A DNA stretch of 64,000 nt. Origin: an uncultured Parcubacteria group bacterium (GTDB taxonomy: Bacteria; Patescibacteriota; Patescibacteriia; UBA9934; CAMTUG01). A program made the translations under genes and the position numbers. A model generated the notes under the pieces. It ran no database searches. It saw only the letters and a list, made by a program, of their open reading frames with translations, and was not told the origin of the DNA. Of this stretch, positions 62,569 through 64,000 are shown in pieces. The stretch lies in the NCBI GenBank assembly GCA_947084965.1, contig CAMTUG010000001.1, forward strand, positions 211,914 through 275,913. Direction: 5' to 3'. Within the stretch, counting starts at the first letter, position 1, and each line of letters begins with the position of its first letter.

Positions 62569-62949
62569 GTGATGCTGTTCAAAAAAACTCAACGTCCAAC
62601 GCTTGTTATCGCTCGAACACACCCGTTCGAGCGTGTGGTGATTAGCATTTCGCTGGTGCTGATCGTGCTATCGATCCTCCTCCCGCTCTGGAAGTTGATG
62701 CCCCTTGAAGATAAGTCTGCCATCCCGTTGCACTACAGCGTCATTTTTGGCGTTGATCTTCTAGGTCCGTGGTATCAGGTGTTTTATCTTCCGGCCCTCG
62801 GACTCGTTCTCCTCGGCGCAAATCACGCTTTTGGAAAGATGTTGACCGGGAATGAAAAAATTCTCAGTCGATTTTTTCAAGTGGCAACGTTGATCTGCGA
62901 AGTCGTTTTATTTGTGGCCGTTATCTTGATCGTTTTGCTTAATTTATAG
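62569..62949 (+). CDS. hypothetical membrane protein (126 aa)
   Basis: Three to four TM helices. Confidence 0.45.
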   Translation: MMLFKKTQRPTLVIARTHPFERVVISISLVLIVLSILLPLWKLMPLEDKSAIPLHYSVIFGVDLLGPWYQVFYLPALGLVLLGANHAFGKMLTGNEKILSRFFQVATLICEVVLFVAVILIVLLNL

Positions 62950-62951
62950 CT

Positions 62952-64000
62952 ATGTTGGAATCTGTTGCTGCCTTAAAGATTATTCTGTTAACGACGTTGT
63001 CGTTCGGTTTGGCAATGCTTTGGATGCCGATCCTCCTTCGGATTTTGCACAGATATAAATTAGGCAAGTCCATTCGCGATTCGTTGACCGCCCCGATTTA
63101 CGCCGCGCTTCACGCCAAAAAGTCTGGGACGCCGACCATGGGCGGGGTGCTCGTTTGGGGGACCGTTTTGATGCTGGCACTTATCGTCATGATCATTTCT
63201 CGCCTGGCTCCGGATACCTTTTTTGGTTCACTGAATTTCATCTCTCGCGAGCAAACCTTGTTGCCGTTTGGGGCGTTGATCGCTTCCGGTCTCATCGGGT
63301 TAATCGATGACTACATGAACGTGCGTCGCATCGGCCCCCATGGCGGCGGGGTGCGCTTCCGTCACCGGTTGATGATGTATGCCGCGATCGCCGCGGTTGG
63401 AGCCTGGTGGTTTTACGCCAAGCTCGATTGGGACTTGCTGCACGTGCCGTTTTTTGGTGACTTCGAACTCGGCTGGATCTATCCGATCTTCTTCCTGCTC
63501 GTTATCGTCAGTACGTCGTTTTCGGTTAATCAAACCGACGGCCTGGACGGGCTCGCGGGCGGATCGTTGTTGACGTCCCTCGGTGCTTTTGGAGCGATCG
63601 CTTTTTTGCAGGGGCGGTTCGATCTTACGGCACTCTGCGGTGTGGTCATCGGTGCCTTGCTCGCCTTCCTCTGGTGGAATATTCACCCAGCGAAATTTTT
63701 TATGGGCGACACAGGGGCAATGTCGCTTGGGGTTCTGCTCGGAATCGTGGCGATGCTTCTTAATCAGCCTTTGCTGCTCCCGATCGTCGGGATCGTTTTC
63801 GTGATTGAAGGGGTCAGTACCCTCGTGCAGATCTTTTGGAAAAAGGTGTACGGCAAAAAACTTCTCCTTTCCTCGCCCATCCACCATCATTTTGAGGCGC
63901 TCGGATGGGGAGAATGCACGATCGTAATGCGTTCCTGGGTGATCTCCATCGTCGCAGCGGCTCTCGGTGTCGTCCTGGCGCTGGTCGATATGGCGCGGTA
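62952..64000 (+). CDS. mraY: phospho-N-acetylmuramoyl-pentapeptide transferase, 3'-truncated by window edge
   Basis: ATG at 62952, then MLESVAALKIILLTT... with MraY motifs (DDYMNVR, NQTDGLDGLAGG, HHHFE). Runs to the window end with no stop. Confidence 0.85.
   Translation, partial: MLESVAALKIILLTTLSFGLAMLWMPILLRILHRYKLGKSIRDSLTAPIYAALHAKKSGTPTMGGVLVWGTVLMLALIVMIISRLAPDTFFGSLNFISREQTLLPFGALIASGLIGLIDDYMNVRRIGPHGGGVRFRHRLMMYAAIAAVGAWWFYAKLDWDLLHVPFFGDFELGWIYPIFFLLVIVSTSFSVNQTDGLDGLAGGSLLTSLGAFGAIAFLQGRFDLTALCGVVIGALLAFLWWNIHPAKFFMGDTGAMSLGVLLGIVAMLLNQPLLLPIVGIVFVIEGVSTLVQIFWKKVYGKKLLLSSPIHHHFEALGWGECTIVMRSWVISIVAAALGVVLALVDMAR

Overview
This 64-kb window comes from a bacterial chromosome with a backbone of about 50% GC. 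The backbone carries housekeeping genes (holB, frr, glyQS, tpiA, typA/bipA, rpmG, rplI, pyrG, rpmA, mraY) and a tRNA-Thr / tRNA-Tyr / tRNA-Thr / rpmG / tRNA-Trp cluster. It also carries a giant 2885-aa repeat-rich surface protein, an ABC-2 exporter, a thioredoxin-like/VKOR disulfide pair, an rfbB + 4xGT2 polysaccharide cluster, and three NUDIX genes plus a HIT gene. Several sharply delimited high-GC (65-70%) segments are embedded in this backbone: (i) a 3.4-kb block (1-3460) of seven small minus-strand genes, where two alternating families of conserved palindromic elements precede the first four of them (phage/plasmid-like regulatory architecture); (ii) a 4-kb island (11.4-15.4 kb) abutting tRNA-Thr that encodes a caspase-fold protein with the catalytic Cys replaced by Ser, an unknown protein, and a membrane Ser/Thr kinase with a PEGA-like tail; (iii) five single-gene high-GC inserts (acyltransferase, NlpC/P60, two unknowns, a second Nudix), each with its own Shine-Dalgarno site (SD) and terminator, two of which share a CCAGTACGTGG-core terminator hairpin. 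Other unusual signals are listed here. In-frame (AGGAAAG)n heptamer tracts, often followed by a GC hairpin, sit inside at least five ORFs including tpiA and holB. An AT-rich CGAAATACGAAA palindromic repeat family flanks an orphan Avd-like four-helix-bundle gene. A 16-nt duplication of the tRNA-Trp 3' end sits ~150 bp downstream of the gene. A low-GC gene is inserted inside the tRNA cluster. MITE-like inverted repeats are present. No CRISPR array, rRNA or clear transposase was seen.
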